NCBI GenBank assembly: GCA_964016885.1
Contig: OZ024740.1
Span: 353,834,001-353,898,000 of the forward strand
Origin: Eledone cirrhosa
Taxonomy: Eukaryota
DNA length: 64,000 nucleotides
Reading direction: 5' to 3'
The translations under genes and the position numbers were made by a program. This document shows, piece by piece, positions 1-13,870 of the stretch; position 1 is the first letter of the stretch; every line of letters starts with the position of its first letter. The notes beneath the pieces are model-generated. The model was not told where the DNA came from. It did no database searches and saw nothing but the letters and a program-made list of their open reading frames with translations.

Positions 1-445
1 ACCTAAACAGGCATGACAGAGCTGCACAATACATACATTGGATAATGTGTAAGTATTTTGACCTGCCCCATCAAAAGAATTGGTGGGAGCATCAACCACC
101 TCCATACTTGAAAAAGATCACATCTCAATCTTGTGGAACTTTAGCATCCAAACAGACCGAAAAATAGATGCAAATAGACCTGATATAATACTGAAGCACT
201 TTAAAAAGAGGATATGCCTGCTAATTGTTATGCCCGTTCCAATAGACAAGAATGTATCTATAAAAACATTTGAAAAATTGAGCAAGTATAAAGACCTGGA
301 GATAGAAATTAGAAAAATGTGGAAATTGAGAACTAAAACAATACCAGTGGTTGTAGGCGCTCTGGGAATGATACCTAAGGGGTCTAGTGATTATTTATCG
401 CAAATCCCAGGAAACCCGCGTATAGGAGAAATACAAAAGATAGTA
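1..445 (+). mobile_element. 3' end of an R4/Dong-like non-LTR retrotransposon, restriction-like endonuclease (RLE) domain, frameshifted
   Basis: RHDRAAQYIHW at the window start, then ILWNFSIQTD..NRPDIIL..EKLSKYKDL..IPVVVGALG (ORF 80..460), the PD..D/E..K-type RLE signature. Confidence 0.85.
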
Positions 446-528
446 TATATATGTAATTAATATAAAATACCTCTACATTTACACATCGAGTAGTCATTCT
501 CTCGTAATCACAATTCGCGCTCATATAA

Positions 529-652
<124 letters not shown>

Positions 653-703
653 CAAGTAAGTATGTTTTGAAACAGTGAGCAGGTTTAAAATTAGAAATTA
701 GTA

Positions 704-921
704 TAGCTTTCACCGTATTTTTGACTAAAGAAATTTTAGTCTGATAATGGGGTTTAGAACCCTCAGATAAATGGAAAAATATGAGTATTGACGTACATGG
801 GAGTCGAACCCACTTCTTTGGTTATCCATGTACGTCAATACTCATATTTTTCTATTTATCTGAGGGTTCTAAACCCCATTATCAGGCTAAAATTTCTTTA
901 GTCAAAAATACGGTGAAAGCT

Positions 922-923
<2 letters not shown>
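704..923. repeat. Fold-back inverted repeat, ~97-bp arms and ~25-bp spacer containing a tRNA B-box/T-arm-like motif on the minus strand
   Basis: atagctttcaccgtattttt...gtacatgg is mirrored by ccatgtac...aaaaatacggtgaaagctat; minus strand reads gtggg-ttcgact-cccat. Confidence 0.9.
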
Positions 924-962
<39 letters not shown>

Positions 963-1141
963 GGGATAACAAATTGTTATAGGTAGTCCACTTAGATGTA
1001 GTCCAGTTAGAGTACTCCGAGTAGTGAATAGTACTAACGCTTGGCTAAGTTTGACTCAACAAGATGCTTCGAGTACGCGGTAATTTCTATGTAGTTTACA
1101 CTTGGAGTAATAATAAATCAAGAAAGAAGAGTGACATCGCA

Positions 1142-1249
1142 TGCTCTGATGAATAGACTGGTTATAACAAAGTATTGGTGATCGATTGACGCAAAAACAG
1201 GCGGGTAGCGATCTCTAGACCTACCAGTTCACAGAAACAATTGTCAGCA
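1142..1249 (+). ncRNA. Type I hammerhead ribozyme-like motif with a long insertion in stem II, probably decayed
   Basis: tgct-CTGATGA-(..actggt...accagt..)-GAAA-caattg-TC-agca, followed by AATAAA at 1255; base of stem II mismatched. Confidence 0.6.
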
Positions 1250-1348
1250 ATGTGAATAAAGCCCTTATTGTATAGCAAACCATGTCATTCTTCTTTCTTG
1301 ATTTATATATATATATATAAAAGTACATATATACACACACACACACAC

Positions 1349-1459
<111 letters not shown>

Positions 1460-1493
1460 GTATATATATATATTATGTGTATGTGTGTGTGTG

Positions 1494-1546
1494 GAGATTC
1501 CTGATGATTTCTAAAGAATGAAACAGTTCTAGTCCTGTAGAATCTC
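1494..1546 (+). ncRNA. Type I hammerhead ribozyme (family A) in a PLE pLTR-like repeat that extends to ~1621
   Basis: gagattc-CTGATGA-tttctaaagaat-GAAA-cag(ttctagtc)ctg-TA-gaatctc: perfect 7-bp stem I, intact core, GUA triplet. Confidence 0.8.
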
Positions 1547-1627
1547 ATCTATATTAAAACTTTTATACTCTGCTATGTATTGAGTACCTTACTTACTGTG
1601 GTTACCTCCGATTCAACCCGGAATAAC

Positions 1628-1745
<118 letters not shown>

Positions 1746-2475
1746 AAGAGAAGTAGGTTTGAATACTATATTTCTATTATCAATTTCTCACATTCTCTCA
1801 ATTTGGTTTACAAATCTGCTCATAATTTTTCCCTCCATTAAAATGCGTCACCGCTCGTTTCGTCCTTTATTTCGCTCAATAATCCCTCTTTTGTTATCGT
1901 TCAACTCTACCAGACATCAATGTTTATGCCCATATTTTGTTTCTTTTTGCTTAACGCTTAACATTTATTCCACTGTTTGTAATATTTCTATTACCTTTTG
2001 CTGATGCAGAACATGACTAGTTTCAACGAGGGAGCGTCTATGCGGCAGCTTGTCCTTTTAGAATTAGTACACAAATTCCTTAAAATCACACAATCCTGCC
2101 TGAAAAATGAAAGGACACATTTAACAATCTAGCCCTAGATATACGAAAAACATGATGCTGTCAAACCAGAATGCTTCTGATCACAGACGTCCTAAACAAC
2201 ATTAACGATATACAGAAAATATAAAATAAGAGTAACTAAAAGTACACAGCTAGAGAGAGGTTACATTTATAATATAATAAGCAAATCTCATAGTGTTTTG
2301 TATGCTTAAGTGTTTAAGATAAGAAATGTTATGTAAACATTTGTTTTAAACGAGTAAAAAGGAAACGTATTGTACGAAATGCAGTGATGGCAGAATAACA
2401 GTTTTACTTATTCAATCAGAAACACGTATTCTCTTATCACACATTCCCACAATAGCTCACTAATTTATGACTCCG

Positions 2476-2619
<144 letters not shown>

Positions 2620-2639
2620 ATGTAAAAGCTGAACAGAAA

Positions 2640-3180
2640 TAACAACACAATGGGTACAGTATATGGAAGGAATATATAAGGTTAACGCTTGAAATAACAG
2701 CAAGAGTATCTTAACGTTTCGGACGCTGTGCGCGAGGCCTGTGATCCGTGATGTAAAAGGACACCCAGGACTGAGACATGTAGGGAAGAGTGGCCTGGGA
2801 ACAGAAATGAGGGGAGTATCCAAACCGAGTCGTATGTCCTTCGAATGTTCAGCAAAACGGTCCGCCAAACGGCGTCCCGTTTGTCCGATGTATAAGGACC
2901 CTCAAAAGGAACACCGGAAGGCATAGACAACGTGGGTGGAGGTGCAGGTGAAGGAGCGGCGGTTACGGAGTGGTGAGGTTGTTGGAAATGAAAGGACAAG
3001 TGTTACAGCGTGGACGAGAACTTGATGAGAGCCGAGTGGAGTCGTAGGATATGACGAGAAGGAACTGCGTACCAGAAGGTCGCGGAGGTTACGGGTGCGC
3101 TTAAATGCGGTGATGGGTGGGATAGGAAAAAAGCGAGAAGTGACGGGGTCAGAAAAGAGGGTGCGGAAGGAACGGAGAAT
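2640..3180 (-). mobile_element. Penelope-like element remnant: linker plus GIY-YIG endonuclease, and the 3' half of a pLTR hammerhead
   Basis: PPITAFKRTRNLRDLLVRS, FTCTSTHVVYAFRC, LYIGQTGRRLADRFAEH across frames; gtccGAAACGTTA at ~2711-2724. Confidence 0.8.
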
Positions 3181-3187
3181 ATATATG

Positions 3188-3227
<40 letters not shown>

Positions 3228-3616
3228 AGGTGAGTTTTATTGTAGTACAATAAAACAATGCAGATATCGGATAAGTAGCACTCTACAGTTTCTAGGACTG
3301 GAGTATAAATAATATATAAGATCAAAAGATGGTTAAAAGAGTTCCATGTATTTTATTATGCACATTTCATAAACAAATATCATCATGCAATAACATATGC
3401 GTTTTCGTCAGATAAAATAGGGAGACATGATATGAAGGTTAAAACACACTTGTGAATAGTGCAGTTTTAAATCAAAATGAAGAAGGATAATGTATACAAA
3501 GCAATATTGTAGGTACGAATACATACATACATGCATGCATACATACAAACAAACATACATACATACATACATACATACATAAATACATACATACATACAT
3601 ACATATACATACATAC

Positions 3617-3768
3617 ATGGTGGCTGCCAACTCGTTTTCGAGTACGGCCACTACTTTATATCCATGTAGGAGAAACCTTACCGATGCGCTGAACGAGTGT
3701 GACTTTTTAGTCCAGCCAGCGACTTGAAAACTCTGGTACAAACACTACACTTGTGACAATTATTGACC
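3617..3768 (-). mobile_element. 5'-truncated RTE LINE 3' end (C2H2 finger plus 3' UTR) ending in a (GTAT)n tail
   Basis: [23 protein letters not shown]; near-identical to 26170-26320 and 48645-48800. Confidence 0.85.
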
Positions 3769-3769
3769 C

Positions 3770-3803
<34 letters not shown>

Positions 3804-3903
3804 ACATATATATATATACATATATATATACATACATATACATACATACACATATATATATACATACATACATACATATATATACATACATATCTATATA
3901 TAC

Positions 3904-3937
<34 letters not shown>

Positions 3938-4091
3938 ATACATATACATACATACATATACATACATACATACATACATATATATATATACATATGCATG
4001 TATATATATGTATGTATACATACATATATATATATGTATACATACATACACATACATACATACATATATATACACATATACATACATATAT

Positions 4092-4156
4092 ATGGTGGCT
4101 GCCAACACGTTTTCGAGTACGGCCACTACTTTATATCCATGTAGGAGAACCCCTAC
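4092..4156 (-). mobile_element. 65-bp RTE 3' UTR stub of the same family
   Basis: Matches 3617-3680. Confidence 0.8.
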
Positions 4157-4218
4157 ATACATCCATCCATCCATACATACATACATACATACATACATAC
4201 ATACATACATACATACAT

Positions 4219-4302
<84 letters not shown>

Positions 4303-4316
4303 ATGTATATATATGA

Positions 4317-5480
4317 CGGTTGCAACTCGATTTCGAGCAATGTCATGACTTGATACTCCTCTTAAGGGTGAGCAGCGCCGGCGTGACTTTTTAGTCCCGC
4401 GCGATACTGTTGGTGAATGTGCTCCAACCTTTTGAGATGCCTCTGGTAAAGCAGGACACAGGCATTATACACTTTCAACGTTGTCTCAATGGAAATACCA
4501 TCCGAAACCAGAGAAGGCCATCCAGTTTTCCAAATGCATTACTTGCTTTATTTCTTGATTCTAAAGGAGATTTCATCGTCTAGAGTATTGGTCATATTTA
4601 TTGTACTGCCCAGATCCACATATATGCTTGGCACAAAGCGCTGCATAATTTCGGGAAAGAGTTCATAAGATGTTGTGTGTCACTCTCGGAATGAGCAGCA
4701 AGATAATAATCATCAGCATACAGGAATTAGTGTATTAGTGATGTAAATAGCTTCGTCTTGGCCGGAGACCTTTTGACATTAAATATTTTGTCTGTTGTTC
4801 GATATTTAAATAAACCCTTTGCGAGAAAACTCCAAAGACCACCAAGAAAACTACAGCAAAGTACAGCACAAACAGATCTGGTGCTGGAATTAACACCATT
4901 TTCAACCGCAATGGAATCAGAGACCACCCACGTTGACACTTGCCTTCATTCCATTATGGAAACTTCTCACTACAGAGACAAATTTATCAGGACACCCTAG
5001 TTTGTTCAGAATCTTCCACGGGGCAATTCTATTGACTGTTTCAAAAGCCTTTGTCATATCGACATCCTCTGCTCAATGCATTTATCTTGAAACTCTCTCG
5101 CCGTAAACATCATAACCATTGTCCCCCTACCATTTCTGAAACTGCGCTGATATTCAGGACGAATTTCATTAGCGATGATGTCGAGAAGCCAGTTCAGTAT
5201 GACCCTATATAAGACTTTACCTACAACAGAAAGAAAGGATATCCCATGGTAATTGCTACAATTGTCCTTTCCACTATTGCCTTTATAGAGAACCACCATC
5301 AGTGCATTTTCCCAGTTGTGTAGGACACTCTCATTAACTCAAACCTTTTGGATTAAGGTAGGTAGACGATGAAGTAGATTTTTAAGTCTACATATAAAGA
5401 TTTCAGTACAGAGCCATCCATCCCAGGTGACTTACTAACTATTCAGCTTTTCACAGCAGTTTGGACTTTCTCTAGGGAAG
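4317..5480 (-). mobile_element. Degenerate RTE LINE reverse transcriptase fragment
   Basis: MVVLYKG..NYHGISFLSVVGKVL..QRSFRNGRGT..QDKCIEQ; VENGV; LYADD-like region. Confidence 0.85.
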
Positions 5481-5623
5481 GGTGTCTGCCATTACATATG
5501 TGGTGGATCTGCAAACTTGTCATCAACCTCGGAGGGCCTACATATATACATACATGCATGCATACATACATTCATACATACATACATGCATACACATGCA
5601 TGCATACATACATACATACATAC

Positions 5624-5910
5624 ATGATGGCTGCCCCCTCGTTATCGAGTATGGCCATTGCACGATATAACATTATTAATAATTATTAATTAATTCTATC
5701 GTGCAATTCCTGTGCATGAAGATTCTTTTTAAAGTGAGGAAAGACTGTGCACTGAGCCAATCCCACTCTCTGAGCGAAAAGAAGAAAAGATCAACATAAT
5801 CGGTAACTACTCAGCCGCAGGTTTTATATGGGAGTTATCCCAGTTTCCTGAGTTGCCTTCTAGAAGAATGCTCTGACAAAGGCTAGGGGTCCTTCACTCC
5901 CAGTGGTTTA
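5624..5910 (-). mobile_element. Non-autonomous RTE-derived element (5'-UTR-like part joined to an RTE-type 3' end), with a (GTAT)n tail
   Basis: Homologous to 32983-33243 (+) and 29370-29410 (-), and in part to 48870-49060. Confidence 0.65.
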
Positions 5911-7111
5911 ACATACATACATACATACATACATACATACATACATACATACATACATACATACATACATACATAAGCACATACATGTCTAAAAGAACGC
6001 ATCTTACAATGCGATGACTAAATTTCTTGATAAAAACATTCAGATATAAAAGACACAAATAAGTATCCGCAGAGAAAGAATGTTCACAGTAGGACAACGT
6101 TTCAGTAGTAAAATCTCTATTTAAAAGAGCATTTAAACTATCATCCATAGCAAAACAAAGCAATCTACAAATCTAAACAACGGCTATTCTAAGAAAACAA
6201 TATACCACATCATATAACAACACAAATAAACTATACATCAGATACTACATCTATTGTAATACATAAATTGTTCTAAGTACAGAAGAAATGCACGCATTAT
6301 AAAATCAACTGCGTTCTAAGTACAGAATAAATACATGCGTTATAAAATTGAAAACATAATGCTTTTCACCAAGCTATAAAATAAAACCAAATATACACTA
6401 ATAATACTAAAATTTAAAATTAAACATCCGTAGCAAATCACAAGCATGGAAAGCTGCAAACAAGCTAATGACCAAATGTAGTGTATAAACTCGATTATAA
6501 ATGTGAAAGTTGCAAAATTATGAGGATCACTACACCCCACCCCAGAAAACGTGAGTGGACAAGATATCTATATAACATGATCTACCAAACAGACAAATAA
6601 TTATAGAATAATCTAAACTTAGTAAAATAGCTAATAGTTGTTGGGCAAAGGTTTGATAAAATGCGGTCACGATATTTGTGTACTTAGGACTATAATGTGT
6701 CTCTGCTTTTAAGATTAGATTCTCTCTCTGTGGAATACTAGCATATAAATATTACGATAAATGGAGAAATTGAAGATAAGATACTGAAAATGATTTCTTC
6801 AGTAAACAAAGTGAAGAAAAAGATTATATTTTAAATATTAAGCATCTAAATAGAAACGATTGCTGGAAAAAGAAGAAACTTTGAATATAGGGGCACAATG
6901 TGATTTCGGGTAATTTAAAAACAGAGTATCAGCGACTCAATGGAAATATACTAAGAAATATTGACATTAATTGCAAGCAGGTCCTTATATAGCTTATATA
7001 TATATATATATCCAGGAAGTGTAACTTGGAGTTACTGTAAGTTCAGTCGGGTGAGAACTCGATGTTTAGGTTCACTTCAGTGTCGAGGTGTAGAGCTAGA
7101 AAGAGTGTATT

Positions 7112-7479
<368 letters not shown>

Positions 7480-7610
7480 TAGTTTGGTGTGGTGTGTAAC
7501 TACAGTTACAGGCAGCGCGCCGTTCGAAGAACTCAATGCTGTTACGAGGTCCGCCTCCTGTGAGTTGTATTCCACAGTTAAGTTTGTACTTATGTTGCAA
7601 CACTGATGTC

Positions 7611-7696
<86 letters not shown>

Positions 7697-7740
7697 ATTT
7701 GAGAAAAGAGTATTACAGGGCTAAAAACATACTAATAAAT

Positions 7741-8070
7741 AAAAAAAAAGTATGGGCGAACACAGGAAACTGAACGAATACTGACAGTCCCATCTCATCA
7801 GTCGACCGCTAGGTATACGTTGTTTCACTGCTTTAAGATCGATACAACTGGCTCTAATGCACAAGGGACAGAAACAAAAGGACAAAGGACAAGTCACTAG
7901 TCTTAACGACTATTTACAAATAAGAGAGAATATTTGTTACTGTCCCTTGTGCACTAGAGTCAGTAGTGTCCATCTTAAAGCACTATACAATGTTTCTCTA
8001 GCGGTCGACTGATGAGATGGGACTGTCTGTATTCGTTCATCTTCCTGTATTAGCCCATATTTTTTTTTAT
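7741..8070. repeat. Older fold-back inverted repeat with ~135-bp diverged arms
   Basis: tatgggcgaacacaggaa..tgcacaagggacag is mirrored by ctgtcccttgtgca..ttcctgtattagcccata. Confidence 0.8.
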
Positions 8071-8084
8071 TTCGATCGACACTC

Positions 8085-8293
8085 GAAAAACAGCTATGAA
8101 CTGGACTCCACCTGGCGGTAAACGGAAGCAGAGCCGCCCCAGCATCACCTGGCGACGAACGTTCCAAAAAGACCTGATGGCAGCCAACATCACTTGGTAC
8201 GGACGCGAAAAAGCCGTCGTTGATCGTGACCATTGGCGACTACTTACTGCTCGATATGCGGAAAGGTGCGGAAGAAGCAAAGACCAAGACTAA
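8085..8293 (+). mobile_element. RTE-like LINE ORF C-terminus
   Basis: WTPPGGKRKQSRPSITWRRT...DRDHWR. Confidence 0.7.
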
Positions 8294-8317
8294 GAGGGGG
8301 TTAGATATATAATATTA

Positions 8318-8425
8318 ATAATTGTTTCTACTTTTGGCACAAGGCCAGCAATTACCCAGTACATTACTGGTACTTTATTTTATCGACCCCGTAAAGATGA
8401 AAGGCAAAGTTGACCTCGACGGGAT
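8318..8425 (-). mobile_element. Truncated tRNA-derived SINE, with a more decayed copy at ~8495-8600
   Basis: Matches the body of 12498-12688. Confidence 0.8.
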
Positions 8426-9152
8426 AATAATAATAATAATTTCTATCAGAAATATAAGGCCAGACATTTGGAGGAAGGCGATAATCGATAAATCAACCCT
8501 CGTACTTGACTGGTACTTTATGTTAATGATCCTAATAAGGTGAAACGCAAAGTTGTTTTCAGTGGGAATTGAAATAAAACCGAAAAGAACCGAAACAAAT
8601 ACCGCAAAGTATTTAATTTCTACAAATTCTATCAATCCACAACTATTTTATCATGAATAATAATGACTGCATGTACATAGCTAAAAGGCAGGGCCACGGA
8701 GAAATAGTTTACAAAGTAGATCAAGACAGTTTCCAGATTCCGGAGAAGAGGGGGAAAACACCTCTCAAATTTCAAGATAGCTGATAAGTTTTTGAAGGAT
8801 GAAGCATTATATATTCACGGGCCTCTCATTAGTTCTAGAGTGTCTGATCGAAACAACAGATGAACATATCCCACTTATTGACACTGTTGGAAGTTTGAAA
8901 CTAGTACAAGAACACACGCATATATATCTATACATAAACGGGAGAGTGGTACAAAAATATATTTGACTAAATATGTAAAATATGAATATCAATTAATAAT
9001 TATATTTTTTGTCTTCACCCCTTTCACATCTTTGTCGTCCTGTTTTCTATGTTTATGATAACTAACATTCATAGATAACAAATACTCACACACACGCACA
9101 CATATACACCCATATATATATACATACATATAAGCACACGTACATACCACCC

Positions 9153-9246
<94 letters not shown>

Positions 9247-9961
9247 CAGAATACACACACATACACACATATATATGTATATATATATATATATATAACT
9301 TCGCCTGTCAGTCGTAATCTGGGTTGACTTGGTTTGTAATAAATACCTTGGTTACTATAAATGTTTTTGCTGCTAGAGTAGATCGGTGTGGACTCAAATA
9401 TTCTCAAGACTAACTCACATTTGATTCAACAAATTATCTAGCATATAGCAACTACAGGGAAAGAATAAAATAATACTTTCTTTCTCGACCCGGAAAGGAT
9501 TTAAGGAAAAGTATATCACGTCGGAATTTGAATGAATTATCCAGACAGCCAGAAGAAATATCTATATTCTTGGCCCCCATACAACTTAAGAAACCAGGAG
9601 TCTATAGAAAGTTCCTTTCCATTGCTCAGGCCACATTGAGGTTTTTTTGGAACACCGGCAGCCGCCCATGCATGCAATTCTCCCAGTTCAAACACCGATG
9701 ATGTTCAAAGGAAAGGCAAAACTGATAAAGCTTGCCACAGCAGGCACCATATGCGAAATCAGAGGGCAAAGAGCCAGAAGAGATACCACATGGCATCTCA
9801 TCCGCCGATAAAACAATCCCGCCATTCCACTGTCTTGGACTGGTACTTTATTTAATGATACACAAAGGATGAAAAGCAAAACTAACTTCGGTGTGATTTG
9901 AACAAATACCGAGGCTGTCACTTCACTTCCACTTCGCCTCTCTCTCTCTCTCTCTCTCTCT

Positions 9962-10053
<92 letters not shown>

Positions 10054-11461
10054 TAATAAATAGATAGATATATAGATATAGATAGATAAATAGATAAATA
10101 TATAGATAGATAGGTAGATATAGATATAGATATAGATAGAAACATGCATACATGCACCCCATACGCCTACACATACACACAGCGAAGAGGCGCTTACTTA
10201 GTATTTAGACATTACTTAAAACGAGAAATAAATAAAATTGATAAAGAAAATGTACATTACCTGTTGCTTTGTCGCAATAATTTACTGTAAAAAGTATAGA
10301 ACTGGTGTTGCAGATGTTGTTTCTGAAGTTGTCGTAGTTTAATATACAGTTTGTTGTTATGCTCACTTTCAGTTATCTTTACTTTTACAATAGGTCTATT
10401 CCATATTACAGTGGTTTTGTTTTTCTTCGCAAAATGATATGTTGATTAATGTATGTAGTAAAATATACTACTAGTTGAAAAGTAATACTAATAAGACTAC
10501 TTGAAAATTGAATGCAAGTTCAGTCAGCGAAAAAGAAAACAACACAAAACTAAACAAAAAAATAACAACACATAAATTAAATAGAAAGAAAATAAAGCAA
10601 TGGTCACAGGTAATTGTAGAAAGCGATCCCTCTGATTCTGACACTGTACAGACACTTCTCCACTTGGAGCTCACTTGCAAGCAAATAGCAGGAAATCGTA
10701 TCCACTATTGACAAAATTATACAGCTAATATTACCGATCATACAAAATAGATGGCAGTAGAGACGGAAAAGCAAATCAAGTTGCGTTTATCGTATAGTTT
10801 TCATCCACTTCCCCCAATCTCACCCTCGTTGCTTCACAGTCACTACTATCTCATACTTATAACCCCACCACCGTATCGCTATAATTACTCCCATCCAGTC
10901 GCGTTTAAAATAAAATATAAAATCAGTAAAAACAAAATCAACAAATAAACAACATACTAAGAAAAAGAAATAAAATGAAAGTCACCATTCTGCTCCTATC
11001 TCTCCTTTATATTTTTTCACAATTTTTTTTTCTTTCTCATTTTTTTTCTGCCTGTCATTTTTAGTCTATCTACTTTTCTCTAACTTCATACGCCTCTCTG
11101 CAATACATCTTTCTCTTTACTTCCTTTTCATTTTCCTTTTTAGTTTCTTTCTTTTTTCTTCTATTTTTATTTATTTTCTCTTTCCTTCTCGTTATAACAC
11201 ACAAGCTCCCGCCCCCCCTCCCCACAGTCTCTCTAGTAGTTGTTACTTACGTCTTTCTTTTCTCTCTTCTTTCTCGCCCTCAGTTTCTCTTTTCTATATT
11301 CTCCTTCTCTCTGTCTAACTCTGATATTGTCTAACTTTGTGCTCCCTTTTTCCTTCATTAATTTTCTTTACCCTCTATCGCTCTAACAGAACGCCATCTA
11401 TTTCTGTTTTTCTCTCTTGATCCCTTTTAAATCTTGTTCAAATTCGTTTACGGATTCTCCA

Positions 11462-11478
<17 letters not shown>

Positions 11479-11492
<14 letters not shown>

Positions 11493-13244
11493 CATTTCTT
11501 TCTTTCTTTATTTCTTTATTTATTTCTTTCTTCCTTCATTTCTTTCTATCTATCTAACTATTTATCTCTTTGTCTGTCTTTCTATCTCGTTTTCTCATTC
11601 TTTACTTTCTTTTCTTTCTTTACTTTTCACATTTCACTCTCTCTTATTCAACTCCCCTCTTCCTCTCACATATCCTTTTCGGGCCTTTATTTTCCTCCTT
11701 CATCTTTTTTCTCATCCATTTACTTCTTTTCTGTTTTTTTTCCTTTCCCCATCATTCTTTCTTTTATTATCTCACAGTCTTTCGTTTTCTTTCTTTCTTT
11801 CTCTTCTCATTTTCTTCTCTTTCGTTTCAGTCGTTTTTTCTTTCTTCCAATTTTTATTCACTTATTTCTATTTTCTTCCAATTTTTTTTCAATTCTCTGA
11901 ATATTCCCCGTTCTCGTCGCTTATATAATTTACTTTACCTTCTATTTATCTAACAACGAGTCGTCTGCTTTTTTTAGCCACGCCTACCACTATCTATTAT
12001 AATTTCCCCCTTTCTTTTCTTTCTTTCTTTCTCTATCCTCTCATAGACACCCTCTCTCATTTTTGTTCCCAATTCACTCGTTTATTTTCTCTATTGAGCC
12101 TCCACGCCCACATCTTTTTCTCTTAGACCTTTTCTCATGCAAACTCGCCCCTCCAATCTCCTTTTCTCTTTGCTTTCCAATTCTCTTTTTCTCTATCTCT
12201 TCACATTTACTCATTCTCTCCACCTCTCTGTCTGCATGTATGTTTCCCCCATATCTATCCCCATCTCTCCACCTCCCTCTTTCTGTCTCTTTCTCTGTAT
12301 ATCAACCGCCCTACTTTGTTCTACTTCTTATTCTCCTTATCTTTCATTATCTCCTATTTGCATACACATTCTCAACCACTACTAAACACATCCTACCGAG
12401 CCGCCGAAGGAGCCTCTCCGTGGTGGTTTGGTCTGCTAAAAATAGTAGCCCAATCTCCCTCAAATCATCCCAGCGTCATAGAAACACAACCAATTAAATA
12501 ATTGTTTCTACTTTAGGCACAAGGCCAGCAATTATCCAGTGCATTGCTGGTACTTCATTTTATCGACCCTGTAAGGATGAAAGGCAAAGTAAACCTCGGC
12601 GGGATTTGAACTCAGATCGCAAAGGGACGTAACTATGCTGGAAAGCATGGCGTCCGATTCTCTACCGGTGCTGCCAATCCACCGCCCTTAAATAATGTGA
12701 TCCAGGATTACCTGCACATAAGAAAATGCTATGATGGTCACGGGAGGACCATTTTATTCAATTTCTTTTTTAAATATAGGAAAATTGTCTTGATAATAGG
12801 ACACATAAGCTTCCCTAACAGAAAACATTGGCATTAGCACCTACCCTACAGGAATGCTGCCACTGTGCCCTATAGTATGAACATTCGATGTAGTATAGAC
12901 TAAAATGAAACTATTTCAATCATATTACACCATCATTAACTCAATACATTACAAGCTAAAAAGAATATTTTGTAGAGCTACATTTATACAAATTATATTT
13001 AAGTGTAATTATGTACAGCATATTAAAAGTAAGCATTGAAGCAACAATACATTTTAAAGAAAACTATTTTACCATACCTACAAACGTATATATATATATA
13101 TATATATATATAGTTATATATATATATATATATATATATAGTTATACTTTGGGAGGGTCATGCTGCCAATAAAAACACGCGCACTTGTTGGTTTTCACTT
13201 CAATTTATTATAAATTTCCGGTTGGTTTGTTATGTGCTGCACAC
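11479..13244 (+). repeat. Copy 1 of a 1766-bp direct duplication
   Basis: Apparently identical to 13871-15636 (offset 2392); identical ORF translations. Confidence 0.95.
12498..12688 (-). mobile_element. Near full-length tRNA-derived SINE (duplicated at 14890-15080)
   Basis: Minus strand has A-box-like tggcagcaccggtag, B-box gagttcaaatccc, body tttgcctttcatcc..gtcgataaaa..gtaccag, and 3' end gtagaaacaattat. Confidence 0.85.
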
Positions 13245-13870
13245 GTCGCGCACGCATTCATACACTGCCCGGGCGTCACTGACCTGTGGGGCTATGTAGA
13301 ACGACTATTGTCGCGGGTGGGACCAATCCAGTTGACCACCGAGTCCATTGTCATGATCAAACCGCCACCCTCCTTCAAAAACGAAGGAGAGGCGGTTTTC
13401 CTTTGTGTGATAGCTATGGCGAAAGAGGTTGTATGGTGGACAAGGTTGAAAGGGCTGAGGTCAGACACCTTTCTCTCCGGCCAACAACTGATTCTTTTTT
13501 TCAAATACCACTTTGGAAGAAGAATCAGGATGGAGAGAGAGGTGCTGTACCCCAGCAAGTTTTATGAAAGGTGGGTGAAAGTGGCGAGAATGGCCCGAGT
13601 GAATGGGCCTTCTCTCTATATCAGCCTGTAGGTTGAGGAAAAGGAGGAGGAGAGGAAAGGAGTACAAGCTCTTCGTACTCCTGGAGATGAGGGTTGCACA
13701 TTTTTTTCGGGGGTCTGTGTTACCCATATAGACTGTCTCCCTCTATTGGGGAAAATCGACTAACTTTTAAATTCCATCTGTGATAACATTTTACACGTTT
13801 TTATTGTATGTAAACTTCCCCCTTTGTATTTGTCCCCTTCTTTTGTGCCCCTGTGGCTAATAAAGAAATA
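13245..13870 (+). mobile_element. 5'-truncated L1/Tx1-like LINE 3' end (ORF2 C-terminus to stop at 13631, 3' UTR, AATAAA)
   Basis: HAFIHCP..LW, ..AKEVVWWTR.. and ..FYERW pattern typical of L1/Tx1 ORF2 ends; taataaagaaa terminus. Confidence 0.75.

Noticed and set aside
3408-4353. Many YI/HT/CV-rich ORFs here and throughout the window
   Set aside because: Translations of microsatellites
7990-8070. CTGATGA in both arms of the 7741-8070 inverted repeat as a hammerhead
   Set aside because: No correctly placed GAAA/UH with paired stems in any topology
10255-10400. Possible minus-strand host exon (donor-like cag|gtaatg at ~10260; another candidate at 39488-39529)
   Set aside because: No coding frame or homology; splice-like motifs arise by chance
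11434-12501. Hydrophobic F/L/S-rich ORFs resembling membrane proteins
   Set aside because: Pyrimidine-rich low-complexity DNA with no domain signature
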